64,000 nt of DNA from Mytilus trossulus (taxonomy: Eukaryota). The notes under the pieces were generated by a model. The model saw nothing but the letters and a program-made list of their open reading frames with translations, searched no databases and had not been told where the DNA came from. Below, one piece after another: positions 1 to 20,548 of this stretch (position 1 is the stretch's first letter; each line of letters begins with the position of its first letter). The DNA lies in assembly GCF_036588685.1 (NCBI RefSeq), contig NC_086383.1, positions 46,128,001 through 46,192,000 of the forward strand, read 5' to 3'. The position numbers and the translations under genes are program-made.

Positions 1-3000
1 TCCATTAGTGATTAACAAATCAAACATGTACATGTATACAGAATAATGCACAACATCTGAAGTATATAAGAAGCATATAACCCTAATTTATCATGTTTAT
101 GATACTAAATCTCAGGCAAAAATAACCATATCTAATTATAATATAATTATACAATGTACCATATTCAAAATTTATGACAGTAAAAGAAAGCTGGTACATG
201 TACAAAGTGCTTAATCTACTGATATTGAAATCATGCCATCCTACACCTTAATATTGACAGTTTACAGTGGCAGATTCAAAACTTATTTGTAAGGGGGCAT
301 TAACTGACCTAATTGATTGGGGGGGGGCTTATTTTGTTGCCTTTTCTCTCTTTTAGCAGAGACAATTACTCACAGTCATGTATAAGCTTTGTGTACAATT
401 TGCACATGCAAAGACAATATTGCTCCGCAAACATGAGATGAGTGCACACAATAAAATGTCTTCATATTACAGGTACATGTTTATCTCCACAATTGTAAAA
501 GTAGGTACATGTGTAATATGAGTTTGCTAAAAAAAAAAGATTTCTCCCTTGCATGACTTAGCAAGTTACTCTGTCGTTGTCAGTTTACAAAAAAGTCATA
601 GAAACATAAGTTGTAGAAGTTAATGACAAAGTTTAAAAGATATAAATTTTCAAGATGTTACTTATGAAGCTTCAGTTGTCATCAACATTGAATGGATCAT
701 ATGTTTCAAAAATTTGAAATAAATTTTGTACATTTTTACTAACTATTTATCACAAATGGTTTAATGAAAATTTTAAACAAAATTAAATGTTACCTTAAAT
801 ATGCATGTAACTTCCTGAAGACAAAGGAAAGATTTTACATGCAACCAGTAATTATTTCTCTGGTAGAAAGATGCAAAGGGAAGTTACTTCCTGATTTTTT
901 TTATCCCTAACAAAACAACTATTCAACAAAATCCAGTTTATCTATTTACAGCAACAAAAAGTATTTTTAAATTTTACTTCCTCCTTAAAGTTTTGAATCG
1001 ATGTTTACATCCAAATAGCTCATGCTCTATTGAATTTAAACATTTAATATATACATTGTATATCATAATGTCTAAATTTTTTTACCCTAAATATACATAC
1101 ACATATATGTAAAAAAAAATGTAATCAAATCTGCTTCTTTCTGCTATGAAATGACCTAAAAATACTTTTAATTTAATTTTTAAGCAATTGAAACATTCTT
1201 CACTCGGATTCTTCAGCATGTGTTAAGTGCAAAATAATCTGAGTAGTAAGTCTATTTTAGGATTTCCAGCTTCATTCATCCTTCTTTAACAAGTTTAACT
1301 ACAATGAATACATGTATATGACTGTTCTGATATTAAACACCATAATTCAGTAAATGTCAATAGTGATGTAATTTAGATCTTTCAAGACTTAAACAGCCAA
1401 ACATTGTTCAGTTTCTATATTAATTATACAATGTACCTGTGTATCAAAATCAAGGTATGATTCAGATCAAAATGGGTTATTACTGTACCTAACTTCTAAA
1501 ACATTCATTTCCATTAACATATCAACATGTATATGTAGATTAAAATCAAACTTACTAAAGCTAAATATACCTGATCATCATGATCATAAGGGATTGAAGT
1601 GTAGAAAGGTCAGAACTTTAAATACCAGTACATGTACAACACAAATTGTACTACAATGTTTTACAATAATATTTTTTTTAGATTAAACACATTCCAAAGA
1701 TGGAAGTCTTCAGCATATTTATATCCCTTTCAATCATTTTTTTTATGTATCTTAAATAAAAAAAAAAGAGAGACTTGCTTCCAAACTCTTATAATAAATA
1801 ATAAAATAATGGCAATGTGTGAGGGCCGGGTGTCCCTAAAATATAAGTAAAACACTCCCCTAGTTAAGTACCAAAAACAAAGACATGTCCATGTATTCTT
1901 ACCTTATTTATACATATCCTTTTCCAAACATCAATACTTTATAATCAATATATTAAACACTGTTAATTAGTCATCCCACCCTCAGGTATTCCATTCATGT
2001 TCATTCACAAATGTCCAAACATAGATATTCATCAGGATACAAGAATTTCACCTGTAACAAATAATGTGAAATGATCAAATTATGGCCTTCAGTTACATCT
2101 TACTATCATTATTGATAATCTATCTTGTTTGGAAAAAATGTTAATTTTCATGTTTACATTATTGAAATACATGTACAAAAGGGCAAGGTCTTAACTTAAG
2201 ATAAACATACTTTTTGATACATTTTGTACACTGTGTGAACATTATCTTTTATATTTTACAAATAGTGTAATTTGTATTTAATAAGGATAAGACTTCCCTT
2301 CTGAATGACAATAAATGTGATTATTCTAACGTCACTGCATGGGGTCTAATCTTAATCTTAATGATATTGCTTGCTGGACTTCCTTCATGAATTGACAATT
2401 AATAATGGTTTTAAGTACTGTACATGTTTGTCTTTGGTGGATGATTATAGGTACAACTTTATATTTCAAGTACAAAATCACACAAGTCAGTAGTAACTAA
2501 ATGTATACATAAAGGTTATGGCAACTAAAATGTTGCTGAACCTACTCCTAGTAACAATAATACTAAAGCTAATGAGCATTTTGTCATTTCCTCCATACCT
2601 TGGTTACAATGTATGACAAATATCTAGAATTCACTTTTTTTTTTAAATATTTAAAAATTATCCTTTAATATCTTAAATTCAGTATCAGACTGTCTATAAA
2701 AAAATAAATCATGACTTAATTTGAGTTGGCCATGTTGGCAAACCAAGCAATCTTACATGTTTCCCAAGTAACAACATTTAAAAAGATTATGATTTCATCA
2801 TATGAACATCAGGCACAATCTTTCCCGTTAGCAAATGGTTAGGGGTTTAGTATCATACCATTTTAACATATATGAGAAAAACATAACCCGTGTCATGCCA
2901 ACAAAATGAACAACGGGTTTTTGAATAAATGTGTTTAGTTCAAAGACCCTATAAGTCAAGTAAGTGAATCAATATAATATTAACGCCAAAATATGCAATC

Positions 3001-3126
3001 TTTAATGACCTGACAACAGTATTGTAACTATATCCCTTTATTGGCTTTAAAGACGAAATTCATTCAATTTCCTATCATCATGATTATTAATATACATGTT
3101 AACTGAGTTTCACTTTTATTTTATGA

Positions 3127-4075
3127 CAAGGTTGGCAAAAAAGCAGTCAATACAAGCCAGTGTTAAATACCGGTATTTACCCGGGAAATACTGGCAAATA
3201 CCGGCAAATACTGGTGGATTGAAATTTTGAGTGGTCATTACTATAAAAACCACTATCTACTTGGTCAATTAAATTACAATCAATAATTAATTTATATAGA
3301 AAGTGTTCAAATCATTTTTAATGTTTTCATTTCTAATTCTATTGTAAATTCAAACAGGCATTTACATTGATTAACACATGATTAATGTGTACATAATATT
3401 ATAGTAAAAGATAACTTTTTGTCCCTACTTCAAATTTTCATTTTCCAGCATGAAGAAGGTTTTTATCTCACAGTTCAACATTTGTTCAATAGCTAAAGAC
3501 TGGAAATAATTTATTGTTTAAGGGAGTCTTCATATATCAATTTTATTACTTTCAACCCATGTACTGTCAGCTTTTATTGGAGGCTGTTGTTTTAGTTATT
3601 AAATTTTCACACCTAGCAATGCCAGGTGATAGGTAAAAAGACCCAGGTAACTTCATGTACCTGTAGTTTTATTTACCTTTAATTTTAATTACCTGTAAAA
3701 TCATACATTTTGAATAAAATATATTGATCTAAACATGCTGAAATAAAATATAAATTTGTTTATATATATATCTTACGTATGCAATATCATGATTCATAAA
3801 AACTAAATTTTAAATCAGTAAGAAAGTATAAATGAATAAAACATATCAAATTCATTAATTTTATAAGCTGACACATAACATGCATTATCTTTGACTTTTT
3901 ATCAAGATTTTACTTCAATTGATAGTAGAAACAACCAAGAAATTTCAATTGACCAGTATTTGTCCATGTTGTCAGTATTGATCATGACCACTTGGGGAGT
4001 ATTACACAGAATGATTATCCGGGGCGGTAAATACCACTGGTAAATACCGGGGGTGGTATTTACCGCCGAACCTTG
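3127..4075. mobile_element. Non-autonomous hAT-type element
   Basis: TIRs CAAGGTTGGC / GCCGAACCTTG, perfect 8-bp TSD TTTTATGA and AAATACCGG subterminal repeats. Confidence 0.8.
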
Positions 4076-7000
4076 TTTTATGATGATAAATAGATGTAAT
4101 TGAATCTGTCTGCAGAAATCAATATTTTCAGAATTAAAAGGAGCTAGTGTTACATTTTTTTTAACACGTACAAAACATTTGATAAATCAATCAAACGATA
4201 AAATTATGATGATGTTATAAATTCACTGAGTTTGTACAATACTGTATGCTACATGTGTAACAAAAATAATCTGTCAAGAAACTCAGATCCTGAATTAATA
4301 AATATATACATGTACATGTGTACATGTATTGTTGATTAATTTATTTTCATGGATCATCATGATCATGGAAAACCTACATGTACATGTTCATGATGTTCGT
4401 GGATATTTAATTTCATATTTTAGCAAAAGTCTGCATATATGGCATACAACATGTACAAGCCTATAGAAAATTTATAATTTGTTGCATATTTTATTCGCCT
4501 GTATCAACGAAATCCACAAAAATTGGTATCCAACGAATAATCAGCTGATAATAATGAAATGAATCCACATGTACAGTACATGCAGTATATATATACAATA
4601 TATGTACCATGAATAAGGAGGAAAAATTTTGGCAGTCGTGTAGAACGACAGACATGAACAGCTGACAACCATTGAACAATGTTGATGTAGCAGGTTCAAA
4701 CTATGTAGTTTATTGGTACAAACCTAGGGCTTGCAAAGTATTAATTACCCGCCCAGGAAAACCTGAGTGGAAAATCCAGTGTTTTCCCAGACTTGGCATT
4801 ATGATTTTTAAAGTTATTCACAAATAACATGGTTATAATGGATAAGTAAAGGCTTGTTGTAGATTCATAATTAGCTAAATATATACATTTTATATTGAAA
4901 TGATTGAGAGTCATTTCGAGATGATTAAAAATTCATTTCATTTTCTTCTCCACTCAATCTAAATGAAGACAGAATCCGAGATTTGAATATTGTACATGGT
5001 ACCTTGTTAATATTGTTAATTCAGTATTCCAGCTAGGATTTCAAAAGTGCAGGGAGCCAATCATGAAAAGGTCACTTTAGAAGGATGATTGATTAAAGGC
5101 ATGCCAAACATTGTGACTGTCTTATGTAAACTGTAGGGGTTTCAGCTAGAATTTTTTTAAAGGGGTTAATCAATTTATGCTAGACATGCTAGATGAAAAT
5201 CAACTTACATGTATTTAGGGTAACAGTAAGGGATAAAGGCTGTATAATACATGTACATGCAGTATTGATACTAGCTAAAAAGCCTATAAATTCCTATATA
5301 GTCCTTCAAGGACAAGGATCTTTGAAGGTTAGACTGCATGCTATAAATGTAGACAGTCACGGTATGATTTTACTGGTGCCACCAGGTGTGATGGTTAAAT
5401 AAGAAGATAAGAACAACTCACACATGTCACAAGGATCCAGAAATTTAGTTCACAATTTCAGTTATTTAATTGGACATCCTGATCAACAGAAGTCAAGTTC
5501 CTCTTTTTTCTGACATGTTCAAGGCATAAATAAAATTTTAACAACTTTTTCAGTGAATAATCAATATCATGAATATCCCTGTAAAATTTGTAAAAAATAT
5601 AGATCTCTTTGGAATTCATTTTTATGAGGTTTGAATCACGAAATTGTGTTTGATTGAATTGTTTTGAATAAAGTTTAATCTTTATAATCAAAATTGTCAA
5701 GATTTCAATGAAAAGGTAATTATAAATTGTGATGAAAATACATTCAAATAACGAAACTACATCAACCAAGCTGGAATAAGTTATATTATCCTTGGAGAAA
5801 TTTTGATATTACATGTAAATTACAAATGTAAAACTCATTAACACACTATATATATATATGATATATATCAATGGAGAAGAACCCAAAAAATAGTTAAATT
5901 GACAAAACGTCAAATTGTGGTCTATTGAAATTGAAATGCTGACTGACAGAATTTAATGGATAAATAATGGTCAATTACAATAATTGACAAGCATGACAAG
6001 GGGTAAGAAGATACCAGAAGGACAGTCAAACTCATTTATCGAAAATAAACTGACAACGCCATGGCTAAAAATGAAACAGACAAATTGTTTGATTAATTCA
6101 TTTACATGATTTACGAACCTTCCAATTGCAATAAGCAATTATAAGCGTTTTATCTGTTATCACAACATATTACACCTGCTCTAAATGTAAATTAGCCGAG
6201 GATCATAAACTTGTCATTAATATGAAATCAGGTAGAATAATAGTATTCACCAAAATATGGACTTGCAAAATAGGGAAGGGCATCCGAAAAAGGGTGGTAC
6301 TTGGGAGAAGGCTGGATGATCGCCCTGGCTGTGAAAACAACCAAGCTGGAGCACTGTTAATTACAAAGCATTGTCATGACTAAAGGACTACATTCTATAT
6401 TTGTAGTCAGTCAGATTTTTTTTATACAAATTAAGATTGTTTCAAAACTAAATTGTTTCATTTCATGCCTTTTTATAGTCAAATTTAAGTACTGGGTTTT
6501 CTCTTAATTGAAGGCTGCCTGTAGGGACCTGGGCACCTACATTGTATGATTTCTTTAACTTCATTTGAACTTTGGTGGACAGCAATCATATCACATCTTC
6601 TGATAATAATTAGATGCCTTATTTACTATTATTTAAATATAAATCTTCAAATCAAGATGTAAAATTGTAATCATTGTGAACTGATACTTGATTGAGGGAT
6701 AAAATTCGTTGATGAGGATCTTCCCCAACTAGGTAAAGAAGGTACATATGCAGTAAATACTGGGGCGCGGCATAAGCGGTGGAGAAATTATCTGAAAATT
6801 ATTTATCTTGTTTTCAATCTTATGTTTGAAATTGAAGTTATGAACGGAGATGGAAAACATGTTTTATTGGTGTGAGCAGTAAAATCTTTCTGTACCTGAG
6901 CATTTAGATGTTTAGTGGTAAGGTACATGTATTAGAACATAATCAGTGTGAATCACAAATAAACAAACTTATAATTTTACCTTTCAAAACAGGAAGTTAT

Positions 7001-9833
7001 CTATTATTCACGAGCACAATATTATGCAGCTCCGGATTAAAACAAACAAAACCGGTTCGGTAAAAACGTTTTTTCCGGATTTTAAGTTAACTGTGTGTGT
7101 GTGCACAAGTTTAATAAAGTCAGTGTACGGTGTCTTCTTTCAGAGACATATATATACACATATATATGTCTCTGCTACTTTCAGATATATTTATTTTCCT
7201 TCTGTTCACCCGTGAATGGTAGCTGATAGTATAACGTTTCAAAACAAGACAAATATTTTTTCAGAATTAATATTATAAATGGCTTTTATAAACACCAAAA
7301 TTTATCTATAAGGCCAAAAAAAAAGTATAACATTATCAAATTTAAGTTTGAATTGGTAATGATTTTAACAAGGATTTGTATATAGTAAAAATATATAAAG
7401 CTACTATACAAATCATTGATTTTAAACACTAAATTTTATAAAAGTAATCATGATCGCCGACGGTTAAATGTGAAATAACTAGGTTTAGTAAAAATTTTAA
7501 ATGTTTGCAATCATTACCATGATTACCAATTAGTCAAATTTGATAATATTGCAGTTTTATATTTGTATAGTATCCTTGCCAGTGGTTATAGTAATCTCGG
7601 CAGAGTAAGTTTATTCTTCTGAGTGTTCTTTTCTGGAGTTTTATTATTTCATTAGAATCGTTGTTGATCAATGTGTCATACCAGAGTGACATATAGATCA
7701 CGGTCTCTGGTAATACTATCCTTCAAATTGAACCACAATAGTCAATGTAAGACTACATCAAATAATGCACTATAAAAGAACAATAATAATTTTTTTAAAG
7801 TAAATATAGCAAATATTCTATATGTTATACAAAGATCAACATTTTTCTGACGGGTACTCACTGAGTTTGCGTATTGTTTGAGGGTCTCAGTGAGATGATT
7901 TACTATATCATAAAAAGAATAATTATTTTCACATGATGATGATCGAAGATTCTATCGAAAACTTACCCCGTCGATGTTAATTCTAAATCATGATTCGCTG
8001 CTTTGACGACTGGTGGCTTTCAGTTGTGTTTGCTCTTTAGTCGGGTTGTTGTCTCCGTTTGACACATTCCCCATTTCCATTTTCAATTTTATAACTTAAA
8101 ACATGAACCTTCTCATAAACCATTCAAAGTTTTTTCCTTCCTATTTTCAAGTTTCTATCAAATAAAGTAGAGCTGCACCATCCGCATATATCCATGTAGG
8201 ATTGTCTAACTTAAAGCGGAATTAAAATAAAAAATAAAATAATCTACACACAGGTTGCGATGATAACAATAAATGCATCTATGTCACGAATTCTGATAAA
8301 TTGTGGATTTTACTGGCACACTTTGTTTTCTATTCATCAGTGTTCAGACTGTTATTGTAACAAACTAGCTTGATTTAAAATAATAGAAGACCTCAGTATA
8401 AAATGGAACCTAGTATAAGCTGAGCTAGGCACTGAAAATTAACAAACTTTCTATCATGCACAATCATAGAATGTTTGCACAATTCAACTTCTTGCTGTTC
8501 TTACTTTTAACAATTCAACACTAAATTCACAGGGTGTATATCCAGTGTCCATTACGTAAATTCCCTAGGATTTAAGTTCCAGGCTAGAACTAACGTTTAA
8601 CATTTGATTCAATCTTATAGACATATAGTTCTGTATTTTAATGGACATCATATGTTTTATATTGTACTGTCTTTTAAAGTTATTTTCGATTATCATACAT
8701 TATAATGGGTTTAAATATTTCGCCAAAATGGGTATTGACAATTTCAATTTTTACTAAAATGGGTTAAAAATCAGGCGCTGAAATGGGTTCTACTTTGGCG
8801 CGAAAACGTCCGATTTTTTCCTCGCTAAAATGTCCTATCAATGCGCTCAAATGTCCTCCGCCACTTTTAAATGAATTAATGATACTTAATGATGTTTCCA
8901 GTACAGGATTCTCACTGTTCCTCTTCACCATACTCATATTCTGAATTGTTTTATATAATTTTATTTAATTTGTTTTTAACTTGACAAGTATTTTAAACAT
9001 CACAAACAATTCATAGTAAATGAACAATGACTGAATGTATAATTAGGAGATAACTGTATTGTATTTGAAGCTCCGACGGCATCAATTGGTGATGTGATTC
9101 CGGCGACGCGTTAGCAGAAAACAGCTGGCGACGCGTTGACAGAAAAAACGTCAAATCATAAATCAAAAGTATGATAAGTCGTCTGCGCTTGCGCGTAGAT
9201 ATTCATAGCATCAATTGTGAATTGATGCCATTAAAATTGCCAACGTTAATCATCCAATCGGAATGAACGTTAACAAACGATGTTGCATTTATAGAATGCA
9301 ATAAAATCACCCTGAAAAATGAGAAATACCAATTTGAATAAAACATTGTATACTGAATCTCATTGATTTTTCATAACTTTTAAACGTGTCACTTTTTCAA
9401 AATTTTCAAAATTTTCAAAGTTACATGTAGTCTCATCTCCTCGATTTCTTTGAGGCGAGACAAATTTGTCAATTTCCGATCATAGTTATTTGCATCATAA
9501 TCGTCAGTGTAATAGATCTATTTTATTGGATTTTATACATGTCATACATACCATGTTCTCTACATTTGAAAATGTACCAAGTCAGGAATTTGACAGTTGT
9601 TGTCCATTCGATTGATGGGTTTTGTCATTTGATTTTGCTATTTGATTTGGAACTCTCTGTTTTCGATTTTCCTCGGAGTTCAGTAATTTTTTATTTTACT
9701 TTTAATACCATGTATATCATATTATAGGGTTATTGCATGAATATTGGGGAATATTGTCACGAGTAGAATAATATATGTTCTACGAGGGACAATATTCCCC
9801 AATATTCATGCAATAACCCTTTTATTGTATAGC

Positions 9834-10750
9834 AAAAGAGGGACGAAGATACCAAAGGGACAGACAAACTCATAAATCTAAAACAAACTGACAACGCCAT
9901 GGCAAAAAATGAAAAGGACAAACAGAAAAACAATAGCACACATGACACAACATAGAAAACTAAAGAATAAACAACACGAACCCAACCAAAAACTAGGGGT
10001 GATCTATGTGCTCCAGAAGGGTAAACAGATCCTGCTCCACATGTGGCACCCGTCGTGTTGCTTATGTAATTACAAATCCGGTTAATAGTCTAATTCGGTA
10101 GGTCACATTCATGAAAGGGAATGGGATTGTAGTTACGACGTAAGGAACATATCCGATATCATTTGTGAAACGGTTATTCCATAACGGTCAACCAACTTGT
10201 GATGGCGTCCCTAAAATTTACGAAGGGATGATTTCAACTTCACCATTTGGAACTCTTGGTTTAATAGCTTCCTTGTGAGCAGTAACCCTCTATCAAGAAA
10301 ATCATGATAGGAAATGCAAGCACGGGAATATCGTATCAATTGGGAGATATATACCTCGTATGCAGGTGCTGCTGAAATGTTGCTACTTAGAAATGGAAAG
10401 TTCACAATTGGAAAGCTGAAATCATCTCTTTTGTCGTAAAGTTTTGTTTTCAACCGACCCTCATTGTCAATTTCTAGATGTAAGTCAAGATATGAAGCCG
10501 ACTTTACTCTATCTGTAGTATCCTTTATCTCCAATTCGATGGGATAGATGCGTTCCACATATAGCGGAAAGTAGAGTTAAAGGATATTGCTAACTTCTTA
10601 TCTTTCTTCCTAAGAAGTTCCTGCATGAAGTCAGCCTCATAATAATAAAGAAACAAGTCGGCAAGTAGAGGGGCACAGTTTGTTCCCATTGGGATGCCGA
10701 CAGTCTGTTGAAAAACACGTCCTCCGAACGTAACAAATATGTTGTCAATA
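9834..10750 (-). mobile_element. Penelope-like retroelement relic: 5'-truncated RT with internal deletion, plus 3' end
   Basis: ORFs 10525..10770 and 10211..10558 give FQQTVGIPMGTNCAPLLADLFL, FRY (the IDD is deleted, with a frameshift), YLDLHL and KLYDKRDDFSFPIVNFPFLSSNI. Short matches to its 3' end occur at ~6001, ~47343, ~48567 and ~63855. Confidence 0.85.
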
Positions 10751-11279
10751 TAATATTTGAAAGTAAACACTGGTTTAAACTAAGATCTTGTCGTTGATGA
10801 CGTCATCAATTTTGAAGATTTATTGCACTAACTACTAGTGCAATATTGGAATTTATTGCACGCTTTTTTTTGGTTACTTTCTAAGGGAAATATTATATTG
10901 CTATTCATGACAACGACGGCATACAGTCTATATCGTTTTTTTATTTTAGATATTCTAAAAATAACCGTGCACTTTGCTTTTTGTAATCCGCCGTTTTCTA
11001 TTTACCTTCGAAATGATAATTTAACATGTGACTTTCCCTGGACGAATACAATTATTGAAATATACGAATTAAAAATAATAATTAGAGAGTAAAACAAATT
11101 GCTTCTGGAATGCAAATGGTATTCGTTCACTTAACATTTATTTGTTCCAGAACCCCCCACCCCTATATATTTATATAAATAACATCTCCATGCCTTATAT
11201 ATCATGTACTGTAGTACGACGCTAGATTAAAACTGACGTGGAAAGGTAACACCCGGCCATCAAAAGCTTCATTTTTATG

Positions 11280-11445
11280 AAGCCCAGGTAGTCGTGTGGT
11301 GTAGCGGGACGGCTACAGTGCAGGTAATTTGGTGTCACGATACCTCAGTAGCATGGATTCGAATCCCGGCGAGGGAAGAACAAAAATTTGCGAAAGCAAC
11401 TTTACAGATCTAACATTGTTGGGTTGATGTTTAGACGAGTTATTT
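11280..11445 (+). mobile_element. tRNA-derived SINE-like element
   Basis: A-box-like TGGTGTAGCGG and B-box GGATTCGAATCCC; no clean cloverleaf. Confidence 0.5.
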
Positions 11446-12880
11446 ATATATTAAGGTATATATACAAAAAAAATCTGAGACAAATGCCTGTGAAACACTT
11501 TGATTGATACTAGTATAATCGTTATTCAGAAGTTTAATTATGTGACCATGTTTCTTTTGCACAATCTTATAAATCTGTTCTGACTCATACGAGGCTATAA
11601 TTTGGAAGTTATACAAGTGTATCGTCTATGAAAGCGGACACCAAAGTGCACTGCAGACTGTAATAATATGCCAGTGCATGTAGTATTGTTTGTTTTTTTG
11701 CATACTAGACAGTATAATGATATTCATATGGATCGTTATAAAATGATTGCAGAAAATATTGATTTAGAACGGATCTGAATTGTAGCTTATTGGGATAGTT
11801 GATATACACATATTTTTTTAAAACTTTACACCTTGTTTTATTTACTTAAAGGACTTGATTTACTCAATCTTTTTTGTCTGTTCGAAAATCTGTCCGTCGG
11901 ATCAATTTCAGAAAGACGTTATTAAATTAAAAAATGACATTCGCAAATTTTTTGTCTGCAAAGAAGCATTTGATCGACCATATATATGTAACAACAGTAT
12001 TAGAGAACTGAGCTTGGCAAAACTAGTTTATTCGTTCATAATTCAAATTTTGTGCAGGAGACCCATTATAGTATTATACATATGAACTGATTGATACAGT
12101 GTCCAATTTTCTGAACGTTAATTTACCAGAGACATGCATGTTAACACTAGATCTGTCCACACTTGTCTTCTATTGTCCTGTATACAATATAAAAAGTTTT
12201 ACTTTGTTCATGAATTTGAATTTTTACAGAATATGCGATGGGTTATGCTTTTAAACTCGCTGTTTGACATATACAACTATAATTAGCAATGTAAGCAAGG
12301 ACAAGTATAAATATGATAAAATAGAATGGTAAGAAATTTACAAGAAGATACACAACATAAAAAATGTAATGATACAATTAAGTATAAATTTCTGATTCAT
12401 TTAATAACAATAAAAAATAGATGCACATTCAAACATAAAATGAGCACTACATAACCTGTATAACCGTAACCAATATAACATGCATTAAAAACACAAACAT
12501 TTCATTCAATCAAAATAATGAATAGATCAAAGAAATCATGACTAGTATGTTAACCATAAATCATTTCTTCTCTAAAACTCTCTAATATTTGTCAAATTAA
12601 CAACAGTGAAGCAATTTAACAGAAAACAATTTGAAAAAAAACAAATATTTCCAAGAATGGAAAATTCTCTCATTTTTTACAAAAAAAACATTGACTCTCA
12701 TTTACAGTACTTTTACAATAATGTCATTTGCTCTTAAAATTCCCACACCGAAAGTGAATACAATATTGAAATTAAAACGCATATGATGACGTAGACAATA
12801 TAAGATGTATGCAGTATTATAAACCAATTTGATGCAATGATACCCAAGTGGAGTCAAAAACGAGCGATTTCACAAAAGAA

Positions 12881-18571
<5,691 letters not shown>

Positions 18572-19640
18572 GACTGAAATGAGAATATATCTTTTTGTAA
18601 CACTGCAATTTACTTATGAAATGTCAAAACCTGTTCATCTTATTTTTAATAAACGCAGAAACCACAATCCAGCAATATGCCATATACTTCTAAGTTCGAG
18701 GGAAATTGGCATATGAATCGTTTCAATTTTAGTTTGTGTGCTAACACGCTTACAAAGTAGGTAAGCATGTGATGCCTAGGTCACACATTCACGGATCACC
18801 ACACCGGATCCGCTACGGAGTAAATCTCACGGATGATCAAGGAAATGGAATCTCCGTAGTCTTATACGGATCATATACGGATTCACAACGGTATGACTAC
18901 GGGTTTTGACGTTACTACCACGGATAATAAAGGACGGGTTCATTCTGGCGACATACCGGTTCTTACGGTAAGACACGGTAAAATACGGAAATGACACGGT
19001 TTAGTACGCAACGGCACGTGTCGATACGTATGTACTGCGGACAAACAAAGGTTTACTACGGTATAAGTAAGGGTTAGTACGAATGAGAACGGTCTGAAAC
19101 GAAATAGTACAAACCGTCACATTCCTATAATTTATTTCGTTATTCATTATTTCTATATAGGCAGTTAATTGAGATTATTTTTCGATCTTGTTAAATAAAT
19201 CGTTTATCTGGCTGTTTGTACAATGTGGTGTTATTCGTAATCCTCGGACCAATGCCATGTAGCAGTTCTTGAAACATATTTAGGACTATTCTTTCAAAGT
19301 TCTTAAATGTAGCTGAATTTTTCGCACATAATGAAGTCATAAGGGGCTCAAACTGGCCATGGATAGGGAAATCAGTCTCTAGACCACCTTCCACTCTGAC
19401 TCCTGTGACCTCTACATCTGTCATCAAGTCTCTCGACCCTGTCCTATCATTTTGTGCCATATCAATATCGAGTTCCAGCCAATTATTTGCAAACAGCAGT
19501 TATTGATTATTCATGTTGGATAATCATTATGTATACATCAACGTCAAGACACAGAATAAGTAGCTATATGGCTCTATAGGTATGAAGTATTTATACAGAA
19601 GCTAGCCTTATGTCAGCCTGTCGTCGTGAAAGTCATAATA

Positions 19641-19849
19641 CTGCGGATTCATTTTATTCGTCGGAACCAATATTCGTGGGTTTCGTGGGTTTTCTGGGTA
19701 CAGGTTAACAACGAGTTTCAATGTTCAACGAGAAACAAATTTCTATTAAGTTGTATCTAGACTTTGGCAGAATATTGAAATTGAATATCTACTAAAATTC
19801 GAGGTTTCCACAATCCACGAAAATCCAACGAATGTAAAAGAATCCACAG
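19641..19849. mobile_element. TA-flanked MITE nested in the Harbinger element
   Basis: TA|CTGCGGATTC ... GAATCCACAG|TA. Confidence 0.65.
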
Positions 19850-19925
19850 TATTCCGTATTTTGTCGTGTTGTAACGTAGTCAACCTAAATAGACTCTTAG
19901 AAACCTATCTATCCGTATCACAACG

Positions 19926-20548
19926 TGTTATGATATTGTAATTATTGTATTTATTTATGTTGGCCTAATTTGTGTTGTATGGCCTGATAGTTGTTTACCA
20001 AATAATCTTATAACTGTGCAGTTTAGAAATCACTGGAACAATCACAGATACTTATTGAATGATTGGAACTTTCTATTTGACGATTCTAGAATGATCCTTA
20101 TAAAAGATGCGTAATTTAAACTTCTACTTTTTACTAGAAACTTCCGTTGTAACTTTCTGGCACATTCCGTTTTAGCGTGTTCTAGAATGTTCCGTCACAA
20201 CAATATATATACAGACACTAAAGTTGAACTCTCATAATTATAATTGAACTTGGACATAGACATTGATAGACATTAGTATTCACAGCATTTGGATTGACCC
20301 TTTTATTCTACAAACAACATCATACTGGATTGTGACATTAGTAGTGAACATAATATTCAAATTGGATTCCGAAAGATTTCCGGATACAGATAAAGATAAC
20401 AGATTGGACTCATATTTTGACAGTTAAGTTAACAGTAATATTTGTGTAATACCTTTTGTAAACTTTTGTATATTAAATATTGTTAAATTTTACTATTGAT
20501 TTGTGTCTTTTGTTGGCTACAATTTAAAGGCGATTTCTGGCCGTAACA
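19926..20548 (+). mobile_element. Solo LTR (Gypsy-like) nested in the Harbinger element
   Basis: TGTTA...TAACA termini, 4-bp TSD AACG on both sides, internal TATATAT box and ATTAAA signal. Confidence 0.8.

Noticed and set aside
5458-5769. 103-aa minus-strand ORF and other short AT-rich ORFs
   Set aside because: No recognisable motifs; the composition is typical of non-coding AT-rich DNA.
11285-11376. Possible tRNA gene
   Set aside because: A and B boxes are present but I could not build an acceptor stem or cloverleaf; treated as a SINE head.
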